NCBI GenBank assembly: GCA_002269645.1
Contig: NIVC01000138.1
Coordinates: forward strand, 146,442 to 210,441
Length of the DNA stretch: 64,000 nucleotides
Direction: 5' to 3'
From: Macrostomum lignano
Taxonomy: Eukaryota
Shown: positions 34,343-48,200 of the stretch, in pieces
Position numbering within the stretch: position 1 is the first letter of the stretch
Layout: every line of letters starts with the position of its first letter
Notes under the pieces: model-generated
Database searches by the model: none
The model's input: only the letters and a program-made list of their open reading frames with translations
Told to the model about the DNA's origin: nothing
Program-made: the position numbers and the translations under genes

Positions 34343-35409
34343 GATAGTGCTATAATAGCTAGGACATTCGGCAGATCCGCCAAGCCAGCAGCAGAAAATC
34401 AGATAGCTTAGAGGCCTGTGTTTAGAACACAAGAGGCTGGTTTATCTTAACAGTGTCACCTATAGTATAGCAGTTTAAAAATCAAAGTAACTAACACATA
34501 TATTAAACAGGATTGCGAATTCAATGCTAGCCCATGCCAAAAGTCACTTTTTAACAGGCTTTTCAAAACACGAGAGACGAGGGTATTTTGTGTTTTGATA
34601 AAAATAAAAACATTGATTAAACCAATGCTACTCATTTGATTCAGACTCGATAGTAGTATACAAGTAAAAATTCGCCTAAAATTAATAGTATTGTTTTAGA
34701 TAAAATCATTTCGATAAAAAGAGACTATTATTGAACCAAAATACGCGAGAACAAAATGAGAACAGACGCAGAATGAACATGACGCTTGGGCCTCCCATTC
34801 ACTTAGCTACTGGTTGGCGGCCGCAAAGCCAAGTCTTGTGCCATCCGCTAATTGCTATATTATTAGATTGTCACTAATAATTCCTCATGCATATGTTGGC
34901 TTAACGGCCTCCGGATCAAACTCTGGGCTCTGCTGGCTGGGCATGGAGACATAAAAAACACAAACAAATGGCAAACAAATGTTTGTGGTCAAGTAAAAAC
35001 ACACATTATAACTAAACTGCTTGTACAGCAAAATATTTTTTTGCTTTTTTAAAAACGAAAAAAAACGAGTGAACACTGGCTGACTGCTCAGGTGTGTGTT
35101 AAGTCTTTTGCTAAATAAATAAATATTATTATATAACATATATATGTATGTATGCATATGAAAATGACCACGACAATTATGAACAAGTTGGTAAACAATA
35201 TAACTATATATGTATTTATCATATTTGAAAATATAAGTGTCGGTATAATATATATATATATAAATATGCCTATGCACTCATGTAAAAACAGATATAAGGT
35301 TTTTTGGTAAATCAGAGAGTGGGGCTGCGAGTTTAACAGACTGTCAACTGATCGCCTGGGAAGTTCAACTTTATTAGTCTGGAGAATTATAGTTCCATTT
35401 CCGAGAAAT

Positions 35410-35975
35410 TTCAGTCCAACTTCCGGTGGGAATTCTAGTCCAACTTCCGGAGCGAACTATAGTCCAACTTCCGGTGGGAATTCTAGTCCAACTTTAGGTG
35501 GGAACTCTAGTCCAACTTCCGGTGGGAATTCTAGTACAACTTCCAGTGGGAATTCTAGTCCAACTTCCGGTGGGAACTCTAGACCAACTTCCGGTGGGAG
35601 CTCTAGTCCAACTTCCGGTGGGAATTCTAGTCCAACTTCCGGTGGGAATTCTAGTCCAACTTTCGGTGGGAACTCTAGTCCAACTTCCGGTGGGAATTCT
35701 AGTCCAACTTCCGGTGGGAATTCTAGTACAACTTCCAGTGGGAATTCTAGTCCAACTTCCGGTGGGAACTCTAGACCAACTTCCGGTGGGAGCTCTAGTC
35801 CAACTTCCGGTGGGAATTCTAGTCCAACTTCCGGTGGGAATTCTAGTCCAACTTTCGGTGGGAACTCTAGTCTAACTTCCGGTGGGAATTCTAGTCCAAC
35901 TTCCGGTAGGAATTCTAGTCCAACTTTTGGTGAGAATTCTAGTCCAACTTCCGGTGAGAATTTCTACTCAACTTC
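35410..35975. repeat. 24-bp minisatellite (CTAGTCCAACTTCCGGTGGGAATT) x about 23
   Basis: Tandem copies; these account for ORF 35498-35875. Confidence 0.95.
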
Positions 35976-36819
35976 TGGAAGATATTTTCCTACAAACTAT
36001 TAAAAGGATTTTCATCCCAACTTCCGGATGAGTTCCGGCAGCATTTCAAATCGTTAAACTCGCGCCCGATACAAATAGAAAGATCGTAAAAACACCTGTA
36101 AATTCACAGAAACGAAAAACATAATACGCGTGTAGCGTTCTTTATAGAAAAAAACACGCCAGCGGCAACAACAAGTAAAAAAGAAATACACAATTAAGTA
36201 AAGTTGCAAAAAACGGTCGAAAACGCCAAATATGAAGCAAAGATCACACGCGCCTGGCACGACATGACGGGAGAGAAAAACCGAGTGAAACAAAAGTCTT
36301 GGATCAGATTTGGGGGTGGCGGCTGGCTCCGTACACTGAGCCACTGTGCTAAGTGCTAAGATCTGCAACTATTTATAAAAGAAACAAGATGGCGCGCCGC
36401 TTTGCCATGGCTTGAACCAAGCCAACTCCGCTCTCCTACGAATTAATAAGTACATAAAGACAGAATCGGTATTGCAAAAAAACACTTGAAACTTGTGATG
36501 ATTTCAAACATCGGGGATTCTCTTATTAGTGCGCAATTGTTCAATAAGTGCTTCTCTCTTCTCAGTCAGTTGCATAGTTACAAATTTTATAAGTTGCAAT
36601 AACTAAAGGTTATTAAATGTGTGCCAGCCGTGTAAACTGCCCAAGCGGCTGTTGGTGGCAGCGCGGAGGCAAGCCTTTGATACTGCGATATTTAAAGAAA
36701 ACGACGCACACCTTTTGGGGCCACCGGGATTACACCTGCTAATTTGTTGTGGCCTGTGGGCCAAGTTTCTGCTTTGACTGGATCGAAAATGCGCTAATTG
36801 CCTGGGTACGCTCGTAGAG

Positions 36820-37555
36820 GGAATGTATACCTTGCCCCCAAAGAGCACCCACCTCACGCCGGACTAGATGCTAGATAGTGAATGTACATTCCCCCCCACA
36901 GAGCACCCACCTCACGCCGGACTAGATGCTAGATAGTGAATGTACATTCCCCCCCCCACAGAGCACCCACCTCACGCCGGACTAGATGCTAGATAGTGGG
37001 AATGTACATTCCCCCCACAGAGCACCCACCTCACGCCGGACTAGATGCTAGATAGTGAATGTGCATTCCCCCCCACAGAGCACCCACCTCACGCCGGACT
37101 ACGTGTAGATGCTAGATAGCGGGAATGTACATTGCCCCCCACAGAGCACCCAACTCACGCCGGACTAGATGCTAGAAAGCGGGAATGTACATTGCCCCCC
37201 ACAGAGCACCCACCTCACGCCGGACTAGATGCTAGATAGCGGGAATGTACATTGCCCCCCACAGAGCACCCAACTCACGCCGGACTAGATGCTAGATAGC
37301 GGGAATGTACATTGCCCCCCACAGAGCACCCAACTCACGCCGGACTAGATGCTAGATAGCGGGAATGTACATTGCCCCCCACAGAGCACCCAACTCACGC
37401 CGGACTAGATGCTAGATAGCGGGAATGTACATTGCCCCCCACAGAGCACCCAACTCACGCCGGACTAGATGCTAGATAGCGGGAATGTACATTGCCCCCA
37501 CAGAGCAACAACCTCATGCCCGACTAGATGCTAGATAAAGGGAGTGTACATTTTC
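36820..37555. repeat. About 60-bp minisatellite (GGGAATGTACATTGCCCCCCACAGAGCACCCAACTCACGCCGGACTAGATGCTAGATAGC) x about 12
   Basis: Lines 37261, 37321 and 37381 are identical, giving an exact 60-bp period. Confidence 0.96.
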
Positions 37556-38732
37556 CCATTTCCCGCTACAGCACACAACCTACCAGCTAACCCACTCGCT
37601 AATTGGGTGGGTCTTATAAGCAGTACAGAGAACAGGTGTGCGTCGGGCCTAATTCGCATTGCATGCACCGCGCGCCACCCAGAGAGCTGCTAGAGGTGCA
37701 GGGCTCGAACTGTGCAGTTTCTATTGATGAGGCCTCGATGCTTAGCTGGCCAGCTTCTCAGTAGCGGGGCACAGCGGCAACGTGACCGGCAACTGAAAAT
37801 GGATTAGTCGGTTGGGGTGGATTTAGGATTCGAACTCGCAACCTCATTGATTTGGCAATAAAAATACTATAAACCCTAAAAAGTGATCTTGGCTGTCAAA
37901 ATAAAAATCAAATTGATTGCCTCCGGTCCTGAAGAGGCCTGTGAATCAGCCATGGGGCAAGGGCGGGCGAGGCCGGAAAAGGGGATTTGCGCGCCGTCGG
38001 GAAGAATACAGAGGGGAAATTTTCCCACCAAGAAGCAACCAACTGCCAAGTCACTGCCATCATCCCCTATTCCCGACCCCTTCGCTGGGGATACGGGGTC
38101 AAAGCCCGCCCCCTACCGGGGTCGCAGCCACACCCGCGCGGAGCCGTCAATCCCCAATCCCAAAACGGGCCAAAAGCGATTCAAGAATTCGTGTGTACGG
38201 AAGAGAAATTTCGGGGACTAGCTAAGCAGGGAACTATGGCGGAAGTTTAGAATAAGGGAAATACAGAAACAGGAGAAGCGAAATTAATGGCAATAAAAAT
38301 ACGAGAGCTAAGAGGGTTGGGAAGGGGTGGATATACCTGGCGAATCTCTATCTTTCTCTCTCTGTTTTTGAATAGCGGAAGACACCAACCCAATGCAAAT
38401 TCTATATATATTTATACACAATATATACTTGATGCCTTCAAAATGGAAATCTAGGGGGCTGCGGCTCGACGAGGCTTCAAGGATTGCAAGATCCCAGTTT
38501 GGGATAAGCAATAGCTAAGGCCCCGGGGTCTCTAAGTCAAGAATTGGAGGAGGGAGAAGAGAGTTATGCAACCACTACGAGAGTGGGGGGAGGCCGCCTT
38601 CCCTACCAGCAGCAAACTAATTAGATTTCTGGTCCCAGTCTCGTTGCCTCCCAAACTGTCTGCAGCGCCATTGCTAACCCCTGTCCCGGCGTGCATCCTT
38701 CAAGATCCCGTTCTGTCTTTCCTCACTCCCAG

Positions 38733-38763
<31 letters not shown>

Positions 38764-39195
38764 GCTTACTTATAATATACTATTCTCTAAACGGGGCGCG
38801 AGACCCGATACCAGCCAAACTGATCCGATACACCCTAGTGCCAGTATTTTCTGCATACACACACAGACAGACAGGCAGACGCACAGAGCAAAAGATTGGG
38901 CGATTCCTCAGCTTAGGACTGCTATAGCACTGCTATAAATTATCGTCATTGTGCGCTCAAAATCGATGGATTTCTTTAGGAGGCGGGAATTAGGGGGAGA
39001 GAAATCTGGGAGTTCTCTTTCCTAACTTGACTTCTTCAATCTGTTGTAGAGGGGGTCATCCTCGGTAAGTAAGTGGGTGGAGGACGGTATTTTGCATATG
39101 CATTGCCATCTGTGTTATTCAGTGTGCGACTGAAGCAGCTTGCTATAAACTTTAGAATGCGGACAGTCGGTCTGTCTTTGTCTTAGTAGTGTCAG

Positions 39196-39400
39196 GGGGC
39201 AGAGCAGCTTAGCGGTAAAGCCGAACTCTCGCTCCACGACCTGTGGTTCGATTCTATGCAAGACCACATTCATTTGGGGCTGCTTCTTCACGGTGGACTG
39301 TCGTGCGATTCATACCTATGAGAGCCAGCCCCCAAGGCTCAGAAAGTGTACATGCCTGACGATTAGAAAGGGTGCCTGCAAACCTCGTGCGAGAAAATAG
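39196..39400 (+). mobile_element. Possible tRNA-derived SINE head
   Basis: A-box-like GCAGCTTAGCGGTAAAGC (39204-39221) and B-box-like GGTTCGATTC (39245-39254) at tRNA-like spacing. No cloverleaf. Followed by GTCT-rich simple repeats. Confidence 0.35.
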
Positions 39401-41404
39401 TTTGTCTTAGCGTCAGTCTGTCAATCTGTCTGCTCGTCTGTTATAGTTTTGTCCATCCGTCTGTCTCTTGTCTGTCTGCCTGCATCTGCTTGTCTGTGTG
39501 TGTCGGTACGTCCGCCAGTCTGTCTAACTGTGTCCTAGTGTCGGTCCGTCCGCCAGTCTGTCTAACTGTGTCCTAGTGTCGGTCCGTCCGCCAGTCTGTC
39601 TAATCTCAGTCTCTCATATCTATCTGCTTGTCTAGCAGCCAGTACCGCACCAAAGGAGTGCACACCACAAGCGCAGCGGTGCCCCAGACGGCCAGGTTAT
39701 CACCCGCCATTAATTTGGAATTCCTCCTTCTGCTGTGTCGGGCCGTTTTCCTTCCTAATTTCTTTCTTTCGCCGCTGCAGCCGCCACCGCCACCGCCACC
39801 GCCGCGCCAGCTTCTTCCATCCATCTGGCCGGCCATAAACTTGCCGAAGAGTGCGAGAAGAGAAAAGTGAATCCGGACAAGGGAATGGGTTGGTCAGCGC
39901 CCTAGTAGAATATGGCCCCAGGTTTTTACGATGGCTCACAGACTGATGCGCCTCCTCACCTCCTAGCAGGAGGGAAATAAGGAATTAGCCATCGCAAGAA
40001 GACGACGAAGCTGGTGCTGCCTCTTTTCTGGCTGGCTAAGAAAATAAGTTTGCGGCGTTGAATAAGCTGCCTCGCTGACAGACAACAATGAATTATGACC
40101 CGCTCTGCCGGGCATTGACCAGATGGGAACTGGAGACATCCAGTCCGCCAGATAAGGATCCCGCGCCGTCTGATAACAGAGGAATCGGGGGGAAGGGAGA
40201 GACGGGTAGGGAAGCTGGCGAGCTCAATTGACGCCTCATCCAGGCTGCTCAGTCGCAGCAGTCGACACCCAGCCTCCTCCACCTCTTTTGGTCTCCAGCG
40301 GTATTTGATGATGGATGACCGGATTATTTTTTGGGGCTTTTTTAGTGAAGGATTTAGGCAGCGAATTGGAGAGGCGAGCCTGACAGCAGAATGTGCTCAA
40401 ATGTATACTCGTAGATATACTTATATATACGCGCTCCTTGTATACATAAGAGGTGTATGCAGGCCAGACAGGGGTGCCTGCGCACAGTTTCCCCACACAT
40501 GAGAGAGAAATACCTCACTTCCCCGACAGGCAGAAAATCTTGAGCTTCCCATAGATGACGCATCTCTCTCTCTCTCCCAGTGTGTGACTGAATTTAGAGG
40601 AGAGAATGACTGAGCACTGCTGCTCATAGACGGCTGCTGGAGTAGGGAAACGAATTCAAGCCATACGGCCGCGTCTGGAAACTGGGGCCTCCCGGCCGAG
40701 GAAAATCCCCAAGGATGGAGCGGCAAATTGCCAACAATAATCTCGAGCTGCCAGGAGAGACCGACAGACCGGCGTCCGCCACCCCCTGACCCCCAAGGCT
40801 TAATAATCCTCGGAGCCAATTTGTGCGCACTAATGCAACTGGTCGGAAGGCTATTATAAATCCCATCGGTTTAATATATCCGCATACACAGCCTTGCGGT
40901 TGAATGCCCGGGGGAAATCGTTTAAATTAGTATTTCGGAATCGAAGGAAGAACGTGAAAACAGCGAGCCGATAGAGCGAAGACCGATTGGGCTCAAATTC
41001 CACTTGGGCCGCAAACTGCGACGCTTAATTTGAAAAAAATCGACGCGCTGGGACGCGTTGGAGGATTAAAGTGTGAGGGGGGGGGGTGTGCGCAGAGGCA
41101 AAAAGTCACGCATAGGCTCGTAATCTGGCCAGAATCTTGAATAGAAATTCTTTCAATAAAAATCGAATTTTCTATTTCAAAGACGAATCAATTCTAGTTT
41201 AAATAAATAAAATTAACTCAGTAAACGAAGACTCAAAATCTTTCCAATCCTACAGGCAATATAGATCTGTTTGACACTTTCTCCTGTAATTAGCAAGCAA
41301 ATATTCACTACCTGTACGCAGACTATTTTCCATACAGTATGTATTTTAAGAGGCAATTACTCTATTATTCTGCAGCAAACTATCCAAAACACGGATGTTT
41401 TCTG

Positions 41405-41950
41405 ACGGGAATTATAACACAGGGAATTAATTTTCTTATAATTAATTATCTTATTCTACAGGGTATTATCCTACAGGAGAATACATGTATCGCACAGGGA
41501 ATCATCCTATGGTGAATTACCTCAGGGAATTATACAACTGGGAATTATCTCGAAGGGAATCATCCTACCGGTGCAGGGAATTATTTCACAGGGAATCATC
41601 CTACAGGGAATTATCTCACAGAGAATTATCCTGCAGGGAATTATCACAGGGAATCATCCTACGGGGAATTATCTCAGGGAATCATCTCACAGGGAATCAT
41701 TCTATAGGGAATTATTTCACAGGGAATTATCCTACAGGGAATTATCTCACAGAGAATCATACTACAGGGAATTATTTCACAGGGAATCATCCTACAGGGA
41801 ATTATCTCACAGAGAATTATCCTACAGGGAATTATCACAGGGAATCATCCTACGGGGAATTATCTCAGGGAATCATCTCACAGGGAATCATTCTACTGGG
41901 AATTATCCTAGAGGATCATCCGACAGGGAATTATCCCAAGGGAATCATTC
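41405..41950. repeat. 15-16-bp modular minisatellite (ACAGGGAATTATCCT / CAGGGAATCATC)
   Basis: GGGAAT(T/C)AT core repeated more than 30 times. Confidence 0.92.
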
Positions 41951-42055
41951 TATTGAAAATTATTCCCTTGCGACACACCTCACCCGAATGCTTTTATATC
42001 AGAAAAGCGACACGTATCTGAGTAGAAACAGAACATGAGAACTCACACAACTCAC

Positions 42056-42224
42056 ACGAAGTCGGGATGAAGGCGCCGTGAGTCTGAGCGCCGGGCACCT
42101 GGAACGGCGCCAACTGCTGATAGGAGGCGGCCGGCTGGTAGACTGGGATGCCGCTCTTGTTGTCCGCCACGGCAGGCCGCTTGCCGCCGTGCAGACCGGC
42201 GTAGGCTGCCGCCGTCGGCATGCA
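42056..42224 (-). CDS. mbl: Muscleblind-like exon (KRPA / SGIPVYQP motif)
   Basis: Acceptor CCCCCCGCAG|TGC, donor T|GTGAGT at 42055; read-through stop at 41994-41996. Confidence 0.8.
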
Positions 42225-45200
42225 CTGCGGGGGGACGGGGACCAAGGATCACGGATTAGAAGATTATGGATAAATTAGAGACACTGGATTAGTATATGAT
42301 ACGCTCGTGTAATCGGAAATCATCAACACAATTTATAGATCTGGGGGTGAAAATCGGGGATCGTGGATTAGGGATCAGGGACTGTGAATCATGGATTAAG
42401 GATTAGGGATCAGGGACTGTGAATCATGGATTAAGGATTAGGGATCAGGGACTGTGGATCGTGGATTAAAGATTAGGGATCAGGGACTGTGGATCATGGA
42501 TTAAAGATTAGGGATCAGGGACTGTGGATCATGGATTAAGGATAGGATTAGGGATCAGGGACTGTGAATCATGGATTAAGGATTAGGGATCAGGGACTGT
42601 GGATAATGGATTGAAGATTAGGGATCAGGGAATGTGGATCATGGATTAAGGATTAGGGATCAGGGACTGTGGATAATGGATTAAAGAATAAGGATCAGGG
42701 ACTGTGGATCATGGATTAAGGATTAGGGATCAGGGACTGTGGATCATGGATTGAAGATTAGGGATCAGGGAATGTGGATCATGGATTGAAGATTAGGGAT
42801 CAGGGACTGTGGATCACGGATTAAGGATAGGATTAGGGATCAGGGACTGTGAATCATGGATTAAGGATTAGGGATCAGGGACTGTGGATCATGGATTAAG
42901 GATTAGGGATCAGGGACTGTGGATCATGGATTGAAGATTAGGGATCAGGGAATGTGGATCATGGATTAAAGATTAGGGAATCAGGGACTGTGGATCATGG
43001 ATTGAAGATTAGGGATCAGGGACTGTGGATCACGGATTAAGGATAGGATTAGGGATCAGGGACTGTGAATCATGGATTAAGGATTAGGGATCAGGGACTG
43101 TGGATAATGGATTGAAGATTAGGGATCAGGGAATGTGGATCATGGATTAAAGATTAGGGAATCAGGGACTGTGGATCATGGATTACGAATTAGGGATCAG
43201 GACTGTGGATCATGGATTAAGGATTAGGGATCAGGGACTGTGAATCAAGGATTAAGGATTAGGGATCAGGGACTGTGGATCAAGGATTAAGGATTAGGGA
43301 TCAGGGACTGTGGATCATGAATAAGGGATAATATTGGCTGTCTGAGTTGCTAATGCAGATAAAAAATGCAATTATTGTTATCTTTGCATTTATTCATCGT
43401 TGATATTGCAATAGACTCGCTTGACTTTGACTGTGCGGTGCTGAGTGAGCTAAGCGACATTTAACAACGAAGGCGCGCAAAAGTTTCTAACATTTTCTGG
43501 AATCCATAGAGATTGCTAGCTTACTACAAAAAGGCACTGAAGGCAATCAAGCTAGCAGTGCTTGAATTGGTTTACTAGTGCGTGCGCGCGGGGAGATCCG
43601 CAGTGCACAAAGCGCGGGCTGACTGCTGTAGTTCGCTAAATCAGGGTACAAGCACTCAACAAAACACAAAGGAGAGATGACTAGTAGCTGTGACACGCGC
43701 TGCTGATGAGCAAGGCTTAGATGATGCTAGGAGAGGATGAACACGAGAGAGAGAGAGAGAGAGAGAGAAGCAGAGCGGAGTGCAGGCTTGACTAGACTGA
43801 TGCAGACAATCGGCATTGTCTTCCTTTAGTCAACCGCCCCCCGCCAACAACAGCCTATGCGACTCCAAAAACTCGCTTCAATAAAATATATAACAAGTGG
43901 GGTTGGAGAGGCTTAAGGTAGGCCGGCTTAAGCCTAGCTTTTATTACTTTCTCGGGAAAAATTTGAAAATAGCGGCCCGGATTGGCACGGATTTAGGATT
44001 TTATAGGGGAAAAATTTGTGCCAATTAAATGCCGACTATTGGTAATAAATTATACCTAAACCGAGCCTCGTTTCAAGATATTTCTTTTTTCTTTTTTAAG
44101 ATACTTTCTGATAAATCTAAAGTCACCAACACTAGGCCTGCAGATGTACTGTGGCCTACTGCTGCGGTAGCCCCACCCTCCAGGAAAAATAGAGGTGGCG
44201 GAGGCTGCGGATCAAAGCCCCCCCCTCCTCAGTCACCTCCAAACCGGGCCAGCCGCCAATGCGTCCGTCTACCAGCCTTCGCCATGATAAATTACTTTGA
44301 AAATCAATTTTCCCAAGGATATTGAAGGCAGGAAGAGACTGCAAGGGAAGAAAAGGGAGAGGGAGAAGTCTATAGGATAAACGGGAGCCAAGACTTTTTC
44401 TCCCAGACGACTTTGAGAAGCCATGGGGACTATTTCCCAAATGCCCAGGTCGGAGGGGGGGGTATGAGAAAGAGAAATCGGCGGGCTCCCCCGCTCCCAC
44501 AATCGGCGATGAAGCTCGGGGGGGGGATGGTGAGGCCAATTTAATCAAGCCGCCGCCAGCTGAGAGAGGCGACTTTCCGAAAAGAATTCTATGCGCCTTC
44601 TACACACTTTTAGTTTGGCTTCCGCGTGCCGCCAGCGGAGCCTGACGCAGATCGGGGTTTTGTTGCGCCCTGTCAGTTCCTTTTGGCCGCATAAAATTAG
44701 TCGCTTAGCTACTCGTCTGTCTGGGCACCGGAGTCGACCCTACTACTTGCTATTCAGCTAGCCAATAGGGGCACGGCCCAATGCACACAGGGGACCCCAG
44801 ACAGCGAGGCCCGCTCGCCATGCATATTTATAAATTTAATTAATTTATCCGGTCCCGTTGCATTCGAAACGATGCTGCCGCGTCGTAAAAATGGCCTCAG
44901 TTAGTTGCTCCGATAGGAATATCTCGGATCTGTGTGCTTATCCCCGTCTCTGGTTCCCACAATCTCAACCTCCATCCACTCTCCTTTCTCTTTCGGAACA
45001 ATTTTTCCTATTTTTCATATTCGGCTTGTCGGTCTGGGCCATCCGTTAATAGCAAAGTCTGGTCAGTTGCAGCGGCGGCATTAATGCGCGCGCAATTATG
45101 AATTATTAATTGTGTGCTTTATGACAGGGCTCGGTTGGCTCGAATCTGGCAATCGAGCCTCCTGCAACCGGGAGAGGATGTTAATACCGACTGGGAAGGG

Positions 45201-48200
45201 GAGAGAACTCCCAGTTGGGAGATCTTGAAGGGATTGGGAAAAACCATGAAAAAGGCTATTGCACCCAGGAGGCAAAACGCTTCATGGAAGTCTGAATCCT
45301 CAGTGTCTGTAGTGGGATTTCACTGTCTGTACTTACAGCCGGATTTTACTGTCTGGCAAGCTCGTCTGTAGCTGGATTTATGGCATATTTTTTTATATCA
45401 CTGCACAAGATAATTGGGGGACTGTTTGATGTCCGTCATTAGTCTGTGCTGTCTGTCTGCTTCACTGTCCGCTTATCAACTTGCCTCTCTGATTGACCGA
45501 TTTCTGACTGTCTGCCTGTCAAACCCAGACTGTCCTATCTGTTACTGTCTGTCTCTCAGCTTGTCTGTTTGTATGACACTGAGTGTCTGCCTTCTTTCCA
45601 GCCTGTCCGTCTGCATATGCCTCATTGTCTGTCTTCAGTCTAGCCTGTCCGTCTGCACATGCCTCATTGTCCGCCTTCCTAGCCTGCCCGTCTGCATATG
45701 CCTCATTGTCTGTCTTCCAGCCTGTCCATCTGCATATGCCTCATTGTCTGTCTTCAGTCTAGCCTGTCCATCTGCATATGCCTCATTTTCTGTCTTCCTT
45801 CCAGCCTGTCTGTCTGCATATGCCCCATTGTCTGTCTTCCTTTCAGCCTGTCCGTCTGTATATGCCTTAGTATCCGCCTTACTTTCAGCCTCTGCTCGTC
45901 TCTCCATCTGTCGATAAAGCGCCGACGTCTTGCCATATCGCGAAAGTAGCGAGGGAAAAGGACGCTTAGATCGCAATCGCTATCGGCTTTCATTCAAAGT
46001 CTCAGTAGCTGTGCAGCCAGCCAATTTCATCCGTCCGCGTGCACAGCGGTTGCATATATTATGCTCGCCGATATAAAGATATTCAACATTTATATCCATG
46101 TATGTATATTCCATTGAATTAACGCGACACAATGGAGCCACTAGTCATCTGGCTGCGCACACTGAACCGGCTGCGACGCCCCGAAGATGAGAGAAATAAT
46201 GGGTAACACAGGCGACACAAGCTTTAAGCGGTCACAATGTAACCCCCCGGTGTTTGTTTTCCCTTCCCGCCACCAAAGTCAGCTGCTGCCGCGGCCTGGC
46301 CGCCGGCGATCTTTGCGTCGCTTCAGCTGCGGGTGTGGCGACCTCTTTCACAAATCCCACTTCGCGGCACGCGCTGGGGGCATAACAAAAAACGGTTGCA
46401 TTCCACGGGGAAGAATCTCCCCCTGCCGTTTTGCCTGGGCATCGAGATTTGCGGCATGACACTGCGCTGGGATGGCGGCCCAGAGGGAAATAAAACAGAA
46501 TAGACTCCCTTCGTGCTCTGCTGCGGCTTTTGCTTCTTGTGTCTGCTTTTCAATTGCTGCTGGCAATGAAGTCTGCCCGGGAGGGGTTATCAACCTCACT
46601 CCAATCTGTCCCTCTGTGCTTCCTTCAGTAGCAATTCGGTTGTGTTCAAAAGCAAAAAAGTTGATTTCCTTTCCACTGAAGCAAAGCGGCTGGCGACTGA
46701 CAGCACCGGAAGGGTGGCAGTGTCCAAGGCGCTTCATAAAACCCTGACAGTAAACAGCACGATGCCAACAAAACTTTTTTTCACTGTCAACATGTTATCA
46801 TTTATCTGGCCCTCGCTTTCATGCAATTAATCCATTATCACCACACTGCGGATGAGGAACCCTAAGGGTTCTTTAGAGTTCCTCAATTCAGCATGAAATT
46901 CTTTAATACATTGGGCTTCAAATTGCTTCAAAGGTTTGATTAAGTATAGAGAAGAAAAAAGGAAAACAAATTGATTCTATGTGGGAGAAAAACATTTGTT
47001 TTCCTTTATCCACGGGATAGATTAGCAATCTGGGGAACAGCTTATTTTTGCCCCTTGCTTATTGTCGGTTGTCCGTCATCGCAACACTTAATTATCGCAC
47101 AGATCCGTGACGTCGGGTACCCAAGGACTACTTTAGTCGTCCTTGCGGGTACCGGCGCCCCGAAGGGGGGCACTAGATTGCTAGCCCATTCTATATCTCA
47201 TCGTCGGGATAGATTAGCAATCCATTCTATATCTCATCGGCGGGATAGATTAGCAATCCATTCTATATCTCATCGGCGGGATAGATTAGCAATCCATTCT
47301 ATATCTCATCGGCGGGATAGATTAGCAATCCATTCTATATCTCATCGGCGGGATAGATTAGCAATCCATTCTATATCTCATCGGCGGGATAGATCAGCAA
47401 TCTATTCCGGATTCAGCGGACCCTCTCCATCATAGATAAAATCACCCAGCAAATCCATTATTTTGAACTCATTCGCTGACTAGACTTTAGCAATCAGTTT
47501 CACTCCGTCATCCGGACTCATCAGTCCTACGAGCGTAGCACTATATACTTTTTTGCCTTCTTGGCTCACAAAGCCCAGTTATACAGCAGTCGATTCTTTA
47601 GCCACAGAGCGTCGCGCAGAAGGCCGCAGACTGTCGATAAATAACGCTGAGCGCTCAGCTATTGTTCGCATAATTTATCCCACCCTGCGCTGTTGTGCGG
47701 CGCTGGCGGGGTTGGCTTGGGAGCAATAATTAAGCAGCTGCCAAGGCCCCACCCCAGCCGCCGCCGCTGCCGCTTTTGGTCTAGAAAGCTGAGCAGCAAT
47801 CGCTCTTTTAGGCCGGACGACAGTTTGGCCTAATCTATGGATGGGGGATCAGGCCGCTGTTGGTAGGGGGGGGGGGGTTGGGAGAGCGGAGATCAGCTTA
47901 GGGATGAGTTACCCCGCTTTTCACGGGACTCCAGACAGCAGAGCCGTGCAGCCTTGACTTGGGAGGGGGTGGGGTGGCGCTTCTGTCTAGGATCTCAATA
48001 AATCACCGCATTCTCATCCTGTTCTCCTGCTCTCTTCCTCCCTCTCAGCAATTCTCCTCTGTACTGAGCGGCCAAGCAAAATAGAGATAGATATACTTGG
48101 GACAGGAGAGAGCGGGGGGCGACAGACAGACAGACAGACATTGCGGCATTGCGGCAAAAGAAGACTAGGCTTTGAAGCCGGTGCCGCAGCCCAAACTGCC

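Noticed and set aside
33434-35875. ORFs of 269-332 aa and 125 aa
   Set aside because: Derived from the 34-bp and 24-bp arrays.
37810-37850. tRNA gene (reverse B-box GGTTGCGAGTTCGAATCC)
   Set aside because: No A-box, acceptor stem or cloverleaf around it.
39700-39850. GCG-rich minus-strand segment with a good acceptor, as a further mbl exon
   Set aside because: The phase-1 frame gives an implausible WKKLARRWRWRW peptide, and the Ala-rich frame needs a different phase; unresolved, so not called.
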